A stretch of DNA of 45,830 nucleotides from Patescibacteria group bacterium (GCA_049297375.1 JBAQUF010000046.1:1-45830); one strand, 5' to 3'. Numbered from the stretch's first letter, positions 16,396 through 26,515 are shown. The notes: generated from the sequence alone by a model not told the origin. Program-made: numbers and translations.

Positions 16396-16662
16396 CTACT
16401 TACCGTTTAACATCTTGGACCAGATTTCTGTGTCCTTATTCTTAATACCTAAATTGTATTCAACTGAGGTTTTAATGTACCAAACAATATAAAGGTCTAT
16501 TTTGGTATTCACCCTCTTATTTTCAGAATACTTATTAAGTCCAATAAGGAGACCCTCAACTGCTGGGTTGAGATCTGATTTATATTTGTTCGCTATATCT
16601 TTTGTTAAATTCAAAAGATTGGTTAGAAGAGATATTTGTTCTTTATTTAATGTTCTTTTCAT
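16396..16662 (-). CDS. small sigma-70 region-2-like protein (fragment or stand-alone)
   Basis: 88 aa. IANKYKSDLNPAVEGLLIGLNKYSENKRVNTKIDLYIVWYIKTSVEYNL follows the sigma-70 region 2 pattern (DL.QEG.iGL.kA...f.......F.tYa.wwIr.ai). Regions 3 and 4 are absent. Confidence 0.4.
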   Translation of the reverse strand: MKRTLNKEQISLLTNLLNLTKDIANKYKSDLNPAVEGLLIGLNKYSENKRVNTKIDLYIVWYIKTSVEYNLGIKNKDTEIWSKMLNGK

Positions 16663-16735
16663 AATAAGTTACTCTATGGTAGCGGATATAATATTAGATA
16701 ATATAGCCGCTACCTTAAGAAAATTTGGATTACAT

Positions 16736-16966
16736 TCATTGTTGCGTTTGAGATTCACTGCCTGAATCCGAGCTAGAACTATCGTTACTACTAGAATCTC
16801 TGCTGGAGCTGTTGGTTTCTTCTTTAGATTCCCTGACTTCAAAATCTGAGCCAACAGCATCGTTTCTAGCTTGGTGCTCGGCTCTTGAAACCTCCTTTCC
16901 AGAGTCCCGATCACCATACGCTTCTTCTGAGTAATCCTGCGTATCTTCTCTAGTCCATCCGCACAT
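16736..16966 (-). CDS. acidic Ser/Asp-rich small protein (hypothetical)
   Basis: AGGAGGTGA lies 6-9 nt upstream of TTGATG (16969/16966). It is preferred over the overlapping track ORF 16669..16917, which has no RBS. The C-terminus is low complexity. Confidence 0.45.
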   Translation of the reverse strand: MCGWTREDTQDYSEEAYGDRDSGKEVSRAEHQARNDAVGSDFEVRESKEETNSSSRDSSSNDSSSSDSGSESQTQQ

Positions 16967-17076
16967 CAAACTCTCACCTCCTATTGCCTTAGGCTTAAGA
17001 TATAAGTAGATTATAACACCGTTGTAAAATTAACTTTTTGCAAGTAGCATAAAGGAGTAAGTCATTTTTATAAAAT

Positions 17077-18378
17077 ATGTCTAAAAATATAACAATACAA
17101 CCATATAAAGGAAGTAGAGACTTTTATCCTGAAGATATGAAGACAAGAAACTTCATATTCAATACATGGAAGAAGGTCTGTAAATCCTATGGTTACGAAG
17201 AATATGATGGTCCTTTTATTGAATCCTTTGATCTTTACGCAGCTAAATCAGGAGAAGAATTAGTAAATGAGCAACTTTACAGCTTTGAAGATAGAGGTAA
17301 AAGAAAAGTAGCAATAAGACCAGAAATGACTCCTACTTTAGCTCGTATGGTAGCTCAGAAGATAAATGAACTCCCCCGCCCTATTAGATGGTTTTCCATT
17401 GCAAACTTTTGGAGATACGAAAAACCTCAAAGAGGAAGGGGAAGAGAATTCTTCCAACTAAATTTAGATATATTTGGAATAGAAGGAGTTGAAGCTGATC
17501 TTGAAGTAATTTCCACATCAGTAGATATACTTAAAAGCTTTGGGGCTAAAGAAACAATGTTTGAAGTTAGATTTAATAACAGAAGACTTGCAGATGACAT
17601 ATATAAAGAGCTTGAAATTAGCTCTGAACAAAAAAAGATAGTAAATAAGGCACTAGATAAAAAACTTAAAATATCTCAAGAAGAATTTAACAACTGGTTA
17701 AAAGATGATGCAAGGCTATCTAGCACTCAACTTAAATCCTTAAATGAATACCTGGAGAATCCAATGCCAATGATCAAAAAAATACTACTCCGATCAAAAG
17801 GAGCACAAGAAGCCACTAAGCTTATGGATCTAATTGAAAAGCAGGATTTGAGTACATTTGTTAAGTTTAACCCAACCATAATTAGAGGCTTAGATTACTA
17901 TACTGGCAATGTATTTGAGGTATATGATTTGAACCCTCAAAACATCAGAGCAATTGCAGGAGGAGGAAGATACGATGATTTAGTAACTGCATTTGGGAAA
18001 GACAACTTGACTGGGACCGGATATGCAATGGGGGATATTACGCTTAAAGACTTTTTAGAAGGTTGGAATCTTCTTCCTAAGTTTGAAAATGAATGTGAAT
18101 ATCTAGTAACTTTGTGGCCATCAGAAGACCTTAAGTTCTTAGATAAAACCCTACAGATTTCTAAGGCTCTAAGAAACAAGGGTTTAAATGTTCAAACATG
18201 GTTGGAAAAAAATACAAAAATTGATAAACAGCTTAAGTATGCAGATAAGAAAGAGTGCAAATATGCTGTAATTATTGGGGAAAATGAGATAAAAGATAAT
18301 TTAGTAACCATTAAGAACCTAGCGAATTCCAGCCAAGAGACAAAGCCTTTAGAAAATTTCTTATCAGATATAGAATAA
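17077..18378 (+). CDS. hisS: histidine--tRNA ligase
   Basis: 433 aa with class II motifs: VAIRPEMTPTLARM, RYEKPQRGRGREFFQLNLDIFG and GGGRYDDL. Has a C-terminal anticodon-binding domain. Confidence 0.95.
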   Translation: MSKNITIQPYKGSRDFYPEDMKTRNFIFNTWKKVCKSYGYEEYDGPFIESFDLYAAKSGEELVNEQLYSFEDRGKRKVAIRPEMTPTLARMVAQKINELPRPIRWFSIANFWRYEKPQRGRGREFFQLNLDIFGIEGVEADLEVISTSVDILKSFGAKETMFEVRFNNRRLADDIYKELEISSEQKKIVNKALDKKLKISQEEFNNWLKDDARLSSTQLKSLNEYLENPMPMIKKILLRSKGAQEATKLMDLIEKQDLSTFVKFNPTIIRGLDYYTGNVFEVYDLNPQNIRAIAGGGRYDDLVTAFGKDNLTGTGYAMGDITLKDFLEGWNLLPKFENECEYLVTLWPSEDLKFLDKTLQISKALRNKGLNVQTWLEKNTKIDKQLKYADKKECKYAVIIGENEIKDNLVTIKNLANSSQETKPLENFLSDIE

Positions 18379-18384
18379 ATAATA

Positions 18385-19386
18385 ATGTTTGGAAAGAACC
18401 TGCCCAAAAATCTTACTCTTGCATATATTGCATTAACTGGCGCCACCATTTTATGGGGGGCAGCAAATCCCATAATTAAGCTTACACTAGGCTATATACC
18501 ACCAGTTACATTCTTGTTCTTAAGATTTTTAATAGCTTGTGTAATTCTACTACCTTATGTTTTATATGAACTTCAAAAAACTAAAATTGATAAAAGAGAT
18601 TATTTAAATATATTTTTATTTGGCTTATTCTCCCAAACCTCACTAATCTTAATTTTTATTGGTCTTGAATACACAACTGTTATAGAAGCGTCAATAATTG
18701 GTATTCTTGGATCTATTCTTGCTGTAGCTGCGGGTCATTATTTCTATAAAGATAAAGTAAACAAGGATGTTAAAAAAGGACTAGTTATTGCATCTTTGGG
18801 AACTTTATTCATTGTTATTGAACCGTTATTTACAGGCAATATTCATAATACTAACTTGATTGAAAGAACATTTGGAAACTTTTTAGTGCTTTTATACAAC
18901 ATAACATGGGTCATATTTATTGTATGGTCAAAATTTAGTATGGGAGAAGAAAGATCTTCTTTGTTGAAAAAAGCTTTAAGTTTTATCCACTTAAAACCAA
19001 TGTCAAAAAATTATTCTTCAACTCTTCTTACAGCACTAGCATTGTTTGTTGGATTAGCAACCATTACACCTTTAGCTCTTTTAGAAAATATGGGGTACAT
19101 AGGAAATATTTCAACGTTCGACGTATTTTCCATTAGACCTATTGGTTTAATTGGACTATTTTACATGGCAATATGCTCTTCAATAATTGCCTATATGATG
19201 TATCAATGGTCTTTAAAGTACGTAAAGGTTTCAGATACTGCATTTTTTGGGTATTTAGCACCAGTATTGACACTCCCCTTTTCTTATATAATCCTAAAGG
19301 AAGTGCCAACAACACTAATGCTTATTGGAACAGCAGTAATAGGCATAGGAGTCTACACATCAGAAAAGAATTTAAATGATCGGTAG
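18385..19386 (+). CDS. EamA/DMT-family transporter
   Basis: 333 aa with about 10 hydrophobic helices in two EamA-like halves. N-terminus [17 protein letters not shown] is typical of the family. Confidence 0.85.
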   Translation: MFGKNLPKNLTLAYIALTGATILWGAANPIIKLTLGYIPPVTFLFLRFLIACVILLPYVLYELQKTKIDKRDYLNIFLFGLFSQTSLILIFIGLEYTTVIEASIIGILGSILAVAAGHYFYKDKVNKDVKKGLVIASLGTLFIVIEPLFTGNIHNTNLIERTFGNFLVLLYNITWVIFIVWSKFSMGEERSSLLKKALSFIHLKPMSKNYSSTLLTALALFVGLATITPLALLENMGYIGNISTFDVFSIRPIGLIGLFYMAICSSIIAYMMYQWSLKYVKVSDTAFFGYLAPVLTLPFSYIILKEVPTTLMLIGTAVIGIGVYTSEKNLNDR

Positions 19387-19439
19387 AACCGACAACATAC
19401 TTGTCCGCAAATATAAATCCTGATATACTGCATCTCGTC

Positions 19440-19784
19440 ATGAAAAAGGATATACACCCAAAACTAAATACTTGTGTTGTTACATGCGCATGTGGAAACA
19501 CGTTTACAACAGTTTCCACTCTACCTTCCGTAACGGTGGAGATTTGTAGTGCTTGTCATCCTTTCTATACAGGACAAAGTAAATTTGTTGATACAGAAGG
19601 AAGAATAGACAAATTTTCAAAGAGATTAAAATTAGCAGAAGAAAAAAAGAAGAAAGCAGATGAACTTAAAGTATCTAGATCTGCAAAGAAAAAAGGTCCT
19701 GTAGCTTCAAAAGATTTAACATTAAAAGAAATGCTTCAAAAAGCAAAGGCTGAGGAAGAATCAAAGAAACAAGCTGAAGAGTAG
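19440..19784 (+). CDS. rpmE: 50S ribosomal protein L31 (Zn-binding type) with a long Lys/Glu-rich C-terminal extension
   Basis: MKKDIHPK...CACGN...[10 protein letters not shown]...GRIDKF. ATG at 19440 is preferred over the track's TTG at 19401. About 45 extra C-terminal residues compared with E. coli L31. Confidence 0.9.
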   Translation: MKKDIHPKLNTCVVTCACGNTFTTVSTLPSVTVEICSACHPFYTGQSKFVDTEGRIDKFSKRLKLAEEKKKKADELKVSRSAKKKGPVASKDLTLKEMLQKAKAEEESKKQAEE

Positions 19785-19835
19785 ATTATAATTTCTAAAT
19801 TTTCCAAGATATTAAATTGAAAGTACAATATACCT

Positions 19836-20801
19836 GTGGATCAAACACATAACTATATTCAAAAAGAAATAGAAAGAATAGAAAAAGAAATAGAATCCAG
19901 TAAAAGAACTCTAGAAGGTGAAAACGATATTGAAATGAAGAAGTTGTACGAAGAAGAAATTTTGAATCTTCAAAAGCAAAAAAAAGAAGTAGAAAAATCA
20001 TTAAACATTTCAAACTTTCAAGTAGGAAAAAAAGAAGTAGACGATGGAGATTTTAACTTAGATCCAAATGTTGCAACTATGGAAATTAGATCTGGAACAG
20101 GGGGAGATGAGGCAGGGTTATTTGCTAAGGATTTATTTAGAATGTATTCAAGATATGGAGAAAAGGCTAAATGGAAGATAACAGAAGAGTACCTTAATGA
20201 AAATGAAGTAGGTGGAATTAAGACTTTAATAGCTGACATTAAAGGACAAGATGTGTATAAATTACTAAGAAATGAGTCTGGAGTACATAGGGTACAAAGA
20301 ATACCAGTAACAGAAGCTGGGGGAAGAACTCATACTTCTACAGCCACAGTAGCAGTTCTTCCAAAGCTAAAAAATATAAATATTGAAATAAGACCAGATG
20401 ATTTAAAATGGGAGTTTTATAGGTCTGGGGGAAAGGGTGGACAAAATGTAAATAAAGTATCAACAGCAGTTAGACTTACCCATATACCAACAGGAACAAT
20501 TGTTGAATGCCAAGAAGAAAGATATCAAGGAAAAAACAGAGAAAAGGCTTTAGGTATTCTCCACTCCAAACTTTATACTCAAATGCAAGAACAACATGTT
20601 AAAAGTATAACTGACTTAAGATCATCTCAAGTAGGAACAGGGGAACGCAGTGAAAAGATAAGAACATATAATTTTCCACAGGATAGGATTACAGATCATA
20701 GAATAAATAAAAATTGGCATAGCATTGAAAGAGTTATGAATGGAGATATAGAAAAAATACTAGAAGAGTGCTCACTAATTGAATCTAAGGATAACAGTTA
20801 A
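19836..20801 (+). CDS. prfA: peptide chain release factor 1
   Basis: 321 aa with a GTG start. RIPVTEAGGRTHTST carries the RF1-type P-x-T tripeptide, and GKGGQNVNKVSTAVRLTHIPTG carries the GGQ motif. Confidence 0.9.
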   Translation: MDQTHNYIQKEIERIEKEIESSKRTLEGENDIEMKKLYEEEILNLQKQKKEVEKSLNISNFQVGKKEVDDGDFNLDPNVATMEIRSGTGGDEAGLFAKDLFRMYSRYGEKAKWKITEEYLNENEVGGIKTLIADIKGQDVYKLLRNESGVHRVQRIPVTEAGGRTHTSTATVAVLPKLKNINIEIRPDDLKWEFYRSGGKGGQNVNKVSTAVRLTHIPTGTIVECQEERYQGKNREKALGILHSKLYTQMQEQHVKSITDLRSSQVGTGERSEKIRTYNFPQDRITDHRINKNWHSIERVMNGDIEKILEECSLIESKDNS

Positions 20802-20807
20802 GACAAG

Positions 20808-22031
20808 TTAAATCTGCTTTGCAAGTTCTAAAGCTTTTTCAAGCTGAGTATCTTTTCCTGCTGCAGAGTCTTCGCTTGTTATCTCAACTTTTATATCAGG
20901 TTCAAGACCTTTTTTATGAATCCACACTTTGTTTGGAGTAAGCCATTTTGCAATGGTTATATGGATACCAGAACCATCCTCAAAATCTTGTGCATCTTGA
21001 ATGGTTCCCTTTCCAAACGATTTCATTCCAATAAGCTCGGCTCCAATGTTATCTCTTAGAGCAGCTGCCAATATTTCAGAAGCAGAAGCACTACCTTCAT
21101 CAATAAGAACAAGCACTTCTGGAACATCCCCAAACACCCCTACTCTGCTGGCATTAAGAGGAACTTGCTCCCCAGTAGCTTCTTCTTCATAAACAACAGT
21201 TTTACCTCTAAAAAATTCTTCACTAATATGAACTGCTGATTGAAGATAACCTCCAGGATTCCCTCTCACATCTACTATTATTGCGTCCAGTTCCTTCACT
21301 TTTATATTTATTTCAGACACTGCCTTGTCCCATTCCTCATTTGTTTCTGGTCCAAACCTGCTCACCCTCACATATACGGTCCCGTCTCCTTTATCTTCCC
21401 AAGTTACACTAGCTACAGTTATCAACCCCCTGGTAATGGACAAATCTCTTGGTTGTTCATCACCTGTTTGGATAGAAAGATTAATCTTTGTACCGGCAGA
21501 ACCCCTGATTTTGACTACTGCTTCACTTACAGATAACCCAAAGGTAGATTCATCTTCAATCTTAATTATTTTATCTCCAGGTTTAATTCCAGCGTTTTTT
21601 GCTGGAGATCCATCAAACGGAGATACAATAATTATCTGATTATCTTTAAGTCCAAGCTCAGCTCCAATACCTTCATACTTCCCCCCTAAAGCATCTCCAA
21701 AGCTTTTATTAACATCAGGTGTTAAAAATGATGTATAAGGATCACCTAGAGAGTCCACCATGCCAGATATTGCACCATAAAGCATTTTCTGAGGATCAAC
21801 AGGTCTTTCCAGGTATGAGTTATTCAAAAGATCCCAGACATTCCAAAACAATGAAAAATCAATTTCTTTATCAGCTGGATATTGATTAATTACTTCTATT
21901 TTTGGTGGATTTTTTCTTACCTCAAATATGAAGCCTCTTTTTCCCATGTAGTAACCACCGTAGAAAAATCCTACAGCTACTAGAAAGATTATTAATAAAC
22001 GCTGAAATTTCTGAAACTTTAGTGTTTTCAT
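20808..22031 (-). CDS. S41-family carboxyl-terminal processing protease (PDZ domain)
   Basis: 407 aa with an N-terminal TM anchor and a PDZ segment (SPAKNAGIKPGDKIIKIED). Catalytic motifs RGNPGGYL and DEGSASASEILAAAL are present. Confidence 0.9.
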   Translation of the reverse strand: MKTLKFQKFQRLLIIFLVAVGFFYGGYYMGKRGFIFEVRKNPPKIEVINQYPADKEIDFSLFWNVWDLLNNSYLERPVDPQKMLYGAISGMVDSLGDPYTSFLTPDVNKSFGDALGGKYEGIGAELGLKDNQIIIVSPFDGSPAKNAGIKPGDKIIKIEDESTFGLSVSEAVVKIRGSAGTKINLSIQTGDEQPRDLSITRGLITVASVTWEDKGDGTVYVRVSRFGPETNEEWDKAVSEINIKVKELDAIIVDVRGNPGGYLQSAVHISEEFFRGKTVVYEEEATGEQVPLNASRVGVFGDVPEVLVLIDEGSASASEILAAALRDNIGAELIGMKSFGKGTIQDAQDFEDGSGIHITIAKWLTPNKVWIHKKGLEPDIKVEITSEDSAAGKDTQLEKALELAKQI

Positions 22032-23017
22032 TCTAATATAAAGAAATTTGGCGACCTTATCTCCACTGAATTTTTATCTATACCGAACTTAACAAATATA
22101 CTAGATTCACAAGCTCTGTCAACAACTCCAATCCATCCAAAGTATGGATCTTGAAACACTTGCACTGTCATACCTAAATCTACATGTTTAATGGGCTCTA
22201 ACTTTTCCCTATTAGGATTGGGTATAGTACTAACCTCTAAAGGAATAGGAATTCTCAAGAGGTTCTTATCTCCTTCAAAAAACACATATCTATAAGAAAC
22301 AGAACTTAACATTTTATAAACAGAATCGGGAGTTTTTATCTTTCCAAAACCTGAAATGATCCCAAGGGGAAAATTATGATTTTTAGCAAAATCAAAAACT
22401 TCCCTATGAGTGCTACCTGCTATTACAGCACTTGCTTCCATTTCATATGCTCTTTCCACCACATCCAAACCAACGTAGTGTCCTATATACACAATCTTTC
22501 CTTTTATTCCTTTTGCAAAATTCTCAAGATAAGATCTTTTAAGAACATCTGTAGGGTTGGGAAAAACCACTAATTCTCCAGATGCTTGTACTTTTGTACT
22601 TGCAGAAAAAAGAATGTCCTTCATTTGAGTTTCTAGAAGAACTGATCTTTTATTATAAACAGACTTTACTACTCCCCAAACTCCAGATAACACAACACAT
22701 CTCTTATCTATCTCCTCAAACGCATAGAATTTTTCATGCAATGATAGATTACCGTCATACGGAGCAAAAACTTTGTTGGATCGAGTTTTTCCAAGCAAAG
22801 ACCCAGCATAGTAATACCTTTTATCTGTCTTTAAAGCATGAGGCTTAAAACTCTTTGGAAGTACTAACTCTCTTTGAGAAAAAAGACAGTCACCTAAGTG
22901 ATCAAAAGGTTCGACTCTATCTCCAGCTGATACTGATATATTTCCTTCGACTGGAAGGGTTCTTTCCACAAAGCACTTACTATTTTGTTTTATTCTTTTT
23001 ATAACTGGTACCAACAT
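22028..23017 (-). CDS. hypothetical protein
   Basis: 329 aa. Overlaps the protease gene start by 4 nt. No confident motif. The N-terminus GNISVSAGDRVEPFDHLG is reminiscent of a barrel-sandwich hybrid motif. Confidence 0.6.
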   Translation of the reverse strand: MLVPVIKRIKQNSKCFVERTLPVEGNISVSAGDRVEPFDHLGDCLFSQRELVLPKSFKPHALKTDKRYYYAGSLLGKTRSNKVFAPYDGNLSLHEKFYAFEEIDKRCVVLSGVWGVVKSVYNKRSVLLETQMKDILFSASTKVQASGELVVFPNPTDVLKRSYLENFAKGIKGKIVYIGHYVGLDVVERAYEMEASAVIAGSTHREVFDFAKNHNFPLGIISGFGKIKTPDSVYKMLSSVSYRYVFFEGDKNLLRIPIPLEVSTIPNPNREKLEPIKHVDLGMTVQVFQDPYFGWIGVVDRACESSIFVKFGIDKNSVEIRSPNFFILE

Positions 23018-23019
23018 AT

Positions 23020-24057
23020 CTATTTACTCTCAATATCCCTATAGGAGTTTCCAAACTGTTTTATACAATCGTTAAGTATTTTTACACTAGAATATAAGCT
23101 TTCATCGTTAATTCTTGTATCAAATATGATACCTACTTCCCCACCTAGTGTAGAAATATCCATTGAACCTAAGTCAGAACTTTTAATAGACAATTTTGCA
23201 GGTGAATCAAGTTTTAGAGGCATCACAGAAACTTTATCTTTATCAATTTCAATAAATTGATCCTCGCCTACTTTTGTACTTAACAGACATTCAACTGAAC
23301 CCTTTGTTTTTATAAGCAAACCAATATTTTCTAAGTAATCTTCTTCGTATATATCATCATCTTTATCATACATTTTCAGCAATTGTATGAGGGGAAAAGC
23401 ATTCTTATTATCCATATACAAGTTATAAATCCCCGATCCTCTAATTAAGTCTAAAAGCAAGACGTAGTTAAGTTCTTTACTACAAACGTTTTGTGCAAAT
23501 CTTCCACCAGTAAAAACAATCTTTTTTTTGTTCTCAATTTTAAAATTATTAGGTAACTTCTTAGATATATTTTTATCAAAATTACTTTGAGTGGATAAAT
23601 CATCAGAAACTATCTGCGGATAAATACAAAGATTTGAGTAGTAATCAAGCTCACCAAAGTCTCTATTTCCTGTGGATGATTCAGTATCCTCATTGCAAAG
23701 TGAGAAGGAGTTTATGAAATTGTTTGCTATCAAGGAAGAATTATTAACAACGATCGGAAAATAGTCTGTGGAGTTTTGAACTAGATTCATTATTCCCACT
23801 TTAAGCTTTGAGTTATCTATAAAATCAGGAGCTTCTAAGAATCCAGATACTATTATATTACAAGAGCTTATCTTAATCTTTCTTTCACCCAAAAACTTCT
23901 CGATCAGAAATTTATAGAAATCCTTACTGTTGCATTGATTTGATAGAGTACCCTCCGAGTAAACATAAGGAAAAGTGAAAAATTCAACACTCTTTGTTTC
24001 TTTTCTCAACAAAAAACTAACAACAGAAGTATCAAAATAGGCAGCTAATAGAGGCAT
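23020..24057 (-). CDS. hypothetical protein
   Basis: 345 aa, with a 2 nt gap to the next gene. IVFTGGRFA faintly resembles actin-fold ATPase motifs, but this is not enough for a call. Confidence 0.6.
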   Translation of the reverse strand: MPLLAAYFDTSVVSFLLRKETKSVEFFTFPYVYSEGTLSNQCNSKDFYKFLIEKFLGERKIKISSCNIIVSGFLEAPDFIDNSKLKVGIMNLVQNSTDYFPIVVNNSSLIANNFINSFSLCNEDTESSTGNRDFGELDYYSNLCIYPQIVSDDLSTQSNFDKNISKKLPNNFKIENKKKIVFTGGRFAQNVCSKELNYVLLLDLIRGSGIYNLYMDNKNAFPLIQLLKMYDKDDDIYEEDYLENIGLLIKTKGSVECLLSTKVGEDQFIEIDKDKVSVMPLKLDSPAKLSIKSSDLGSMDISTLGGEVGIIFDTRINDESLYSSVKILNDCIKQFGNSYRDIESK

Positions 24058-24076
24058 AAATATATGATAACAACGT

Positions 24077-24334
24077 CTACAGAGCGTGTCTATCAGTATA
24101 GGGCAAAAGCCCCATGTATCTGGCTTTTTTTATTTCAATTGCTAAAAGTCTTTGGTTTTTAGCTGTTAGACCACTGTATTTTTGAGGAATTATTTTTCCT
24201 CTTTCGTTTATAAATCTTCTTAACACCAATACATCTTTATAATCAGGCTTAGTTCCTGTTTGTTTAAAATAACAGTTCCTAGGTGTAGGTGCCCTTTTTT
24301 CTCTTTTTGGTCTTTTATCTTTTTTTAATGCCAT
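24077..24334 (-). CDS. rpsR: 30S ribosomal protein S18
   Basis: [43 protein letters not shown] is the S18 signature. Confidence 0.95.
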   Translation of the reverse strand: MALKKDKRPKREKRAPTPRNCYFKQTGTKPDYKDVLVLRRFINERGKIIPQKYSGLTAKNQRLLAIEIKKARYMGLLPYTDRHAL

Positions 24335-24347
24335 ATTTTTAAAAACT

Positions 24348-24370
24348 TATGCCCCGTTTAACGGGGCATA
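24348..24370 (-). terminator. hairpin plus T-run between ssb and rpsR (intrinsic terminator or attenuator)
   Basis: Perfect 9 bp stem TATGCCCCG/CGGGGCATA with a 5 nt loop. On the minus strand it is followed by AGTTTTTAAAAAT. Confidence 0.6.
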
Positions 24371-24384
24371 AACGTTAATCAAAG

Positions 24385-24882
24385 TTATTTCTTTTTCTTT
24401 CCTTTTTCCTCTTCTTCAGTGTCTAAATCTCCTAAGTCTAAATCACCAAGATCGTCTAAATTAACTTCTTCTTCTGGACCAACTTCTTCCGCTTCTGGAA
24501 CTTCAATATCCACCAAGTCCTCATCTGTAGAACTTTCTTCCCCAACTTTCTTAGGAGTTAATATGATCATATCGTCAATTATTATCTCTGTCTTGTATCT
24601 TTTCTTTCCATCTTCTCCAACCCAATCTCTAGTTTGAAGTCTTCCTTCAACAAATACTTTTGTTCCTTTCTTTAAGAGCTGACCACAGATTTCTGCTAAT
24701 TTATTCCAAGAAACAACATTATGAAAATCAACAGACTGTTTCTTTTCTCCTTGTGTAACCCACTCTCTATTTGTGGCGACCACAAAACTTGCTACTGCAT
24801 TTCCTTGAGGAGTATATCTTACCTCAGGATCCTTTGTAAGGTTACCTATAAGCATTACTTTGTTTAGATTTCTTGATGCCAT
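24385..24882 (-). CDS. ssb: single-stranded DNA-binding protein
   Basis: OB-fold N-terminus NLNKVMLIGNLTKDPEVRYTPQGNAVASFVVATNR and an acidic tail. The extreme C-terminus is EEEEKGKKKK rather than the usual D-D-D-I-P-F. Confidence 0.95.
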   Translation of the reverse strand: MASRNLNKVMLIGNLTKDPEVRYTPQGNAVASFVVATNREWVTQGEKKQSVDFHNVVSWNKLAEICGQLLKKGTKVFVEGRLQTRDWVGEDGKKRYKTEIIIDDMIILTPKKVGEESSTDEDLVDIEVPEAEEVGPEEEVNLDDLGDLDLGDLDTEEEEKGKKKK

Positions 24883-24905
24883 AGTGTCTCCTTGCCTCCT
24901 TCAAC

Positions 24906-25187
24906 TCATTTCTGAGCTGTAATTAGATACCTCACTAAACCTGATAGCAGATTTAGCTTTGCCTTTAATTTTGTAACTATATCTGATTCACATTCAATAG
25001 AAATCACATCGTAAAACCCCTCTGTATTGTGCTTTATTTCATATGCAAATTTCCTTCTTCCCCAAAAATTCGTTTCAACAACCTTTGCACCTAAAGATGT
25101 AATTATTTCTTGTACTTTCTTGGAAAGATTAGTTGCTCCTTCTTCCCCAAGATCGTTTTTATAAATTGTCATTATCTCGTATTTCAT
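24906..25187 (-). CDS. rpsF: 30S ribosomal protein S6
   Basis: MKYEIMTIY...WGRRKFAYEI...GFY. ATG at 25187 is preferred over the track's TTG at 25208. The rpsF-ssb-rpsR order is conserved. Confidence 0.9.
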   Translation of the reverse strand: MKYEIMTIYKNDLGEEGATNLSKKVQEIITSLGAKVVETNFWGRRKFAYEIKHNTEGFYDVISIECESDIVTKLKAKLNLLSGLVRYLITAQK

Positions 25188-25326
25188 AGTTTTTTCTTGT
25201 ATCAACAATAAGATTATATATTACAAATATTGTATGTCTACACTTAAATATCTAATCTTAATAGATAGCAGAAACCCAAATGCTTTGAAGATACTACATA
25301 AAATTCAATAAAAAGGCAAATACTTC

Positions 25327-26439
25327 TTAAACACTAAAGTTAAATTCTATGATATCTCCATCCTTTACCACATAGTTTTTACCTTCAAGTCTTACTAAGC
25401 CCATTTCTTTAGCCTTCTTTAAACTTTCTATTGGTTTTAGATCTTTAAAGTTAACAACTTCAGCAGATATGAAACCTCTTTCAAAGTCTGTATGAATTTC
25501 TCCTGCTGCTTGTGGAGCTTTAAATCCTTTTTTTATTGTCCAAGAATGAACTTCTTTAGGTCCCATAGTTAGATAGCACTCTAACCCCAAAAGGTCATAG
25601 CATTTCTTTATCAATTTATCTAACCCCGTTTCTTCTACCCCAAGTGTTAAAAGATAGTCCTTTTTCTCCTTTTCATCAAAATCTGAGAGCTCTGCTTCAA
25701 CTTTTGCACATATAATAATAGCTTCACTGTGATCTATAAGTATCTTTTGAGCAAGTTTCTGCTTCAATTCATTCTCACAAACGTTAAGTACATAAATCAT
25801 TGGTTTTAAAGTTATTAAATTGAACTCTTTTATTAATTCTTTACTCTCTTCATCCAAGTTAATATTTGAAGCAAATACCCCTTTTTCTAGTTTCTCTCTG
25901 ACTTTCTTTGCAACTTCTAGTTTCTTTATCACTTCTTTTGATTTCCCCACTCTTGCATCCTTTTCCAACCTTCCCATAAATTTATCTAGTATTTGAAGAT
26001 CAGAAAGAATTAGCTCCGTGTTTACTACAGCAGAGTCATTAAGAGGATTAACAGATCCTGCTCTTATTACGTTCTCATCTGAAAAGTCTCTTATCACATG
26101 AGCAATAGCGCTAACTCCTCTAATGTGACCAAGAAATTCATTTCCTAATCCTTCTCCTTGAGATGCTCCTTTTACAAGACCTGCAATGTCAAAAAACTTA
26201 ATTATAGAAGGAACTACTTTTTCAGGTATTTGCTTATCGATTCTTGGACAATCATTTCTAACATACTGGCAAAGAAGGTCTAATCTGTAATCTGGAACAT
26301 CTACAATACCGACATTAGGTTCAATTGTTGCAAAAGGATAATTTGCAACAAGAGCTGCTTGTCTTTTAAGAAGTGCATTAAATAATGTAGATTTTCCAAC
26401 ATTAGGAAGACCAACTATTCCTACTGATAATGAAGACAT
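25327..26439 (-). CDS. ychF: redox-regulated ribosome-binding ATPase YchF
   Basis: GIVGLPNVGKSTLFNAL, PFATIEPNVG and a C-terminal TGS-like VKDGDIIEFNF. Confidence 0.95.
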   Translation of the reverse strand: MSSLSVGIVGLPNVGKSTLFNALLKRQAALVANYPFATIEPNVGIVDVPDYRLDLLCQYVRNDCPRIDKQIPEKVVPSIIKFFDIAGLVKGASQGEGLGNEFLGHIRGVSAIAHVIRDFSDENVIRAGSVNPLNDSAVVNTELILSDLQILDKFMGRLEKDARVGKSKEVIKKLEVAKKVREKLEKGVFASNINLDEESKELIKEFNLITLKPMIYVLNVCENELKQKLAQKILIDHSEAIIICAKVEAELSDFDEKEKKDYLLTLGVEETGLDKLIKKCYDLLGLECYLTMGPKEVHSWTIKKGFKAPQAAGEIHTDFERGFISAEVVNFKDLKPIESLKKAKEMGLVRLEGKNYVVKDGDIIEFNFSV

Positions 26440-26515
26440 GAGGTGATTATACAGCTTTGTATTCTTTTGAGCTCATAAAACCAGAGTAAGTTGTTGACGT
26501 CAGACTGGGCATCAA

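Noticed and set aside
16669-16917. 82 aa track ORF overlapping the acidic 77 aa ORF in another frame.
   Set aside because: It has no SD. The competing frame has a perfect AGGAGGTGA upstream of its start.
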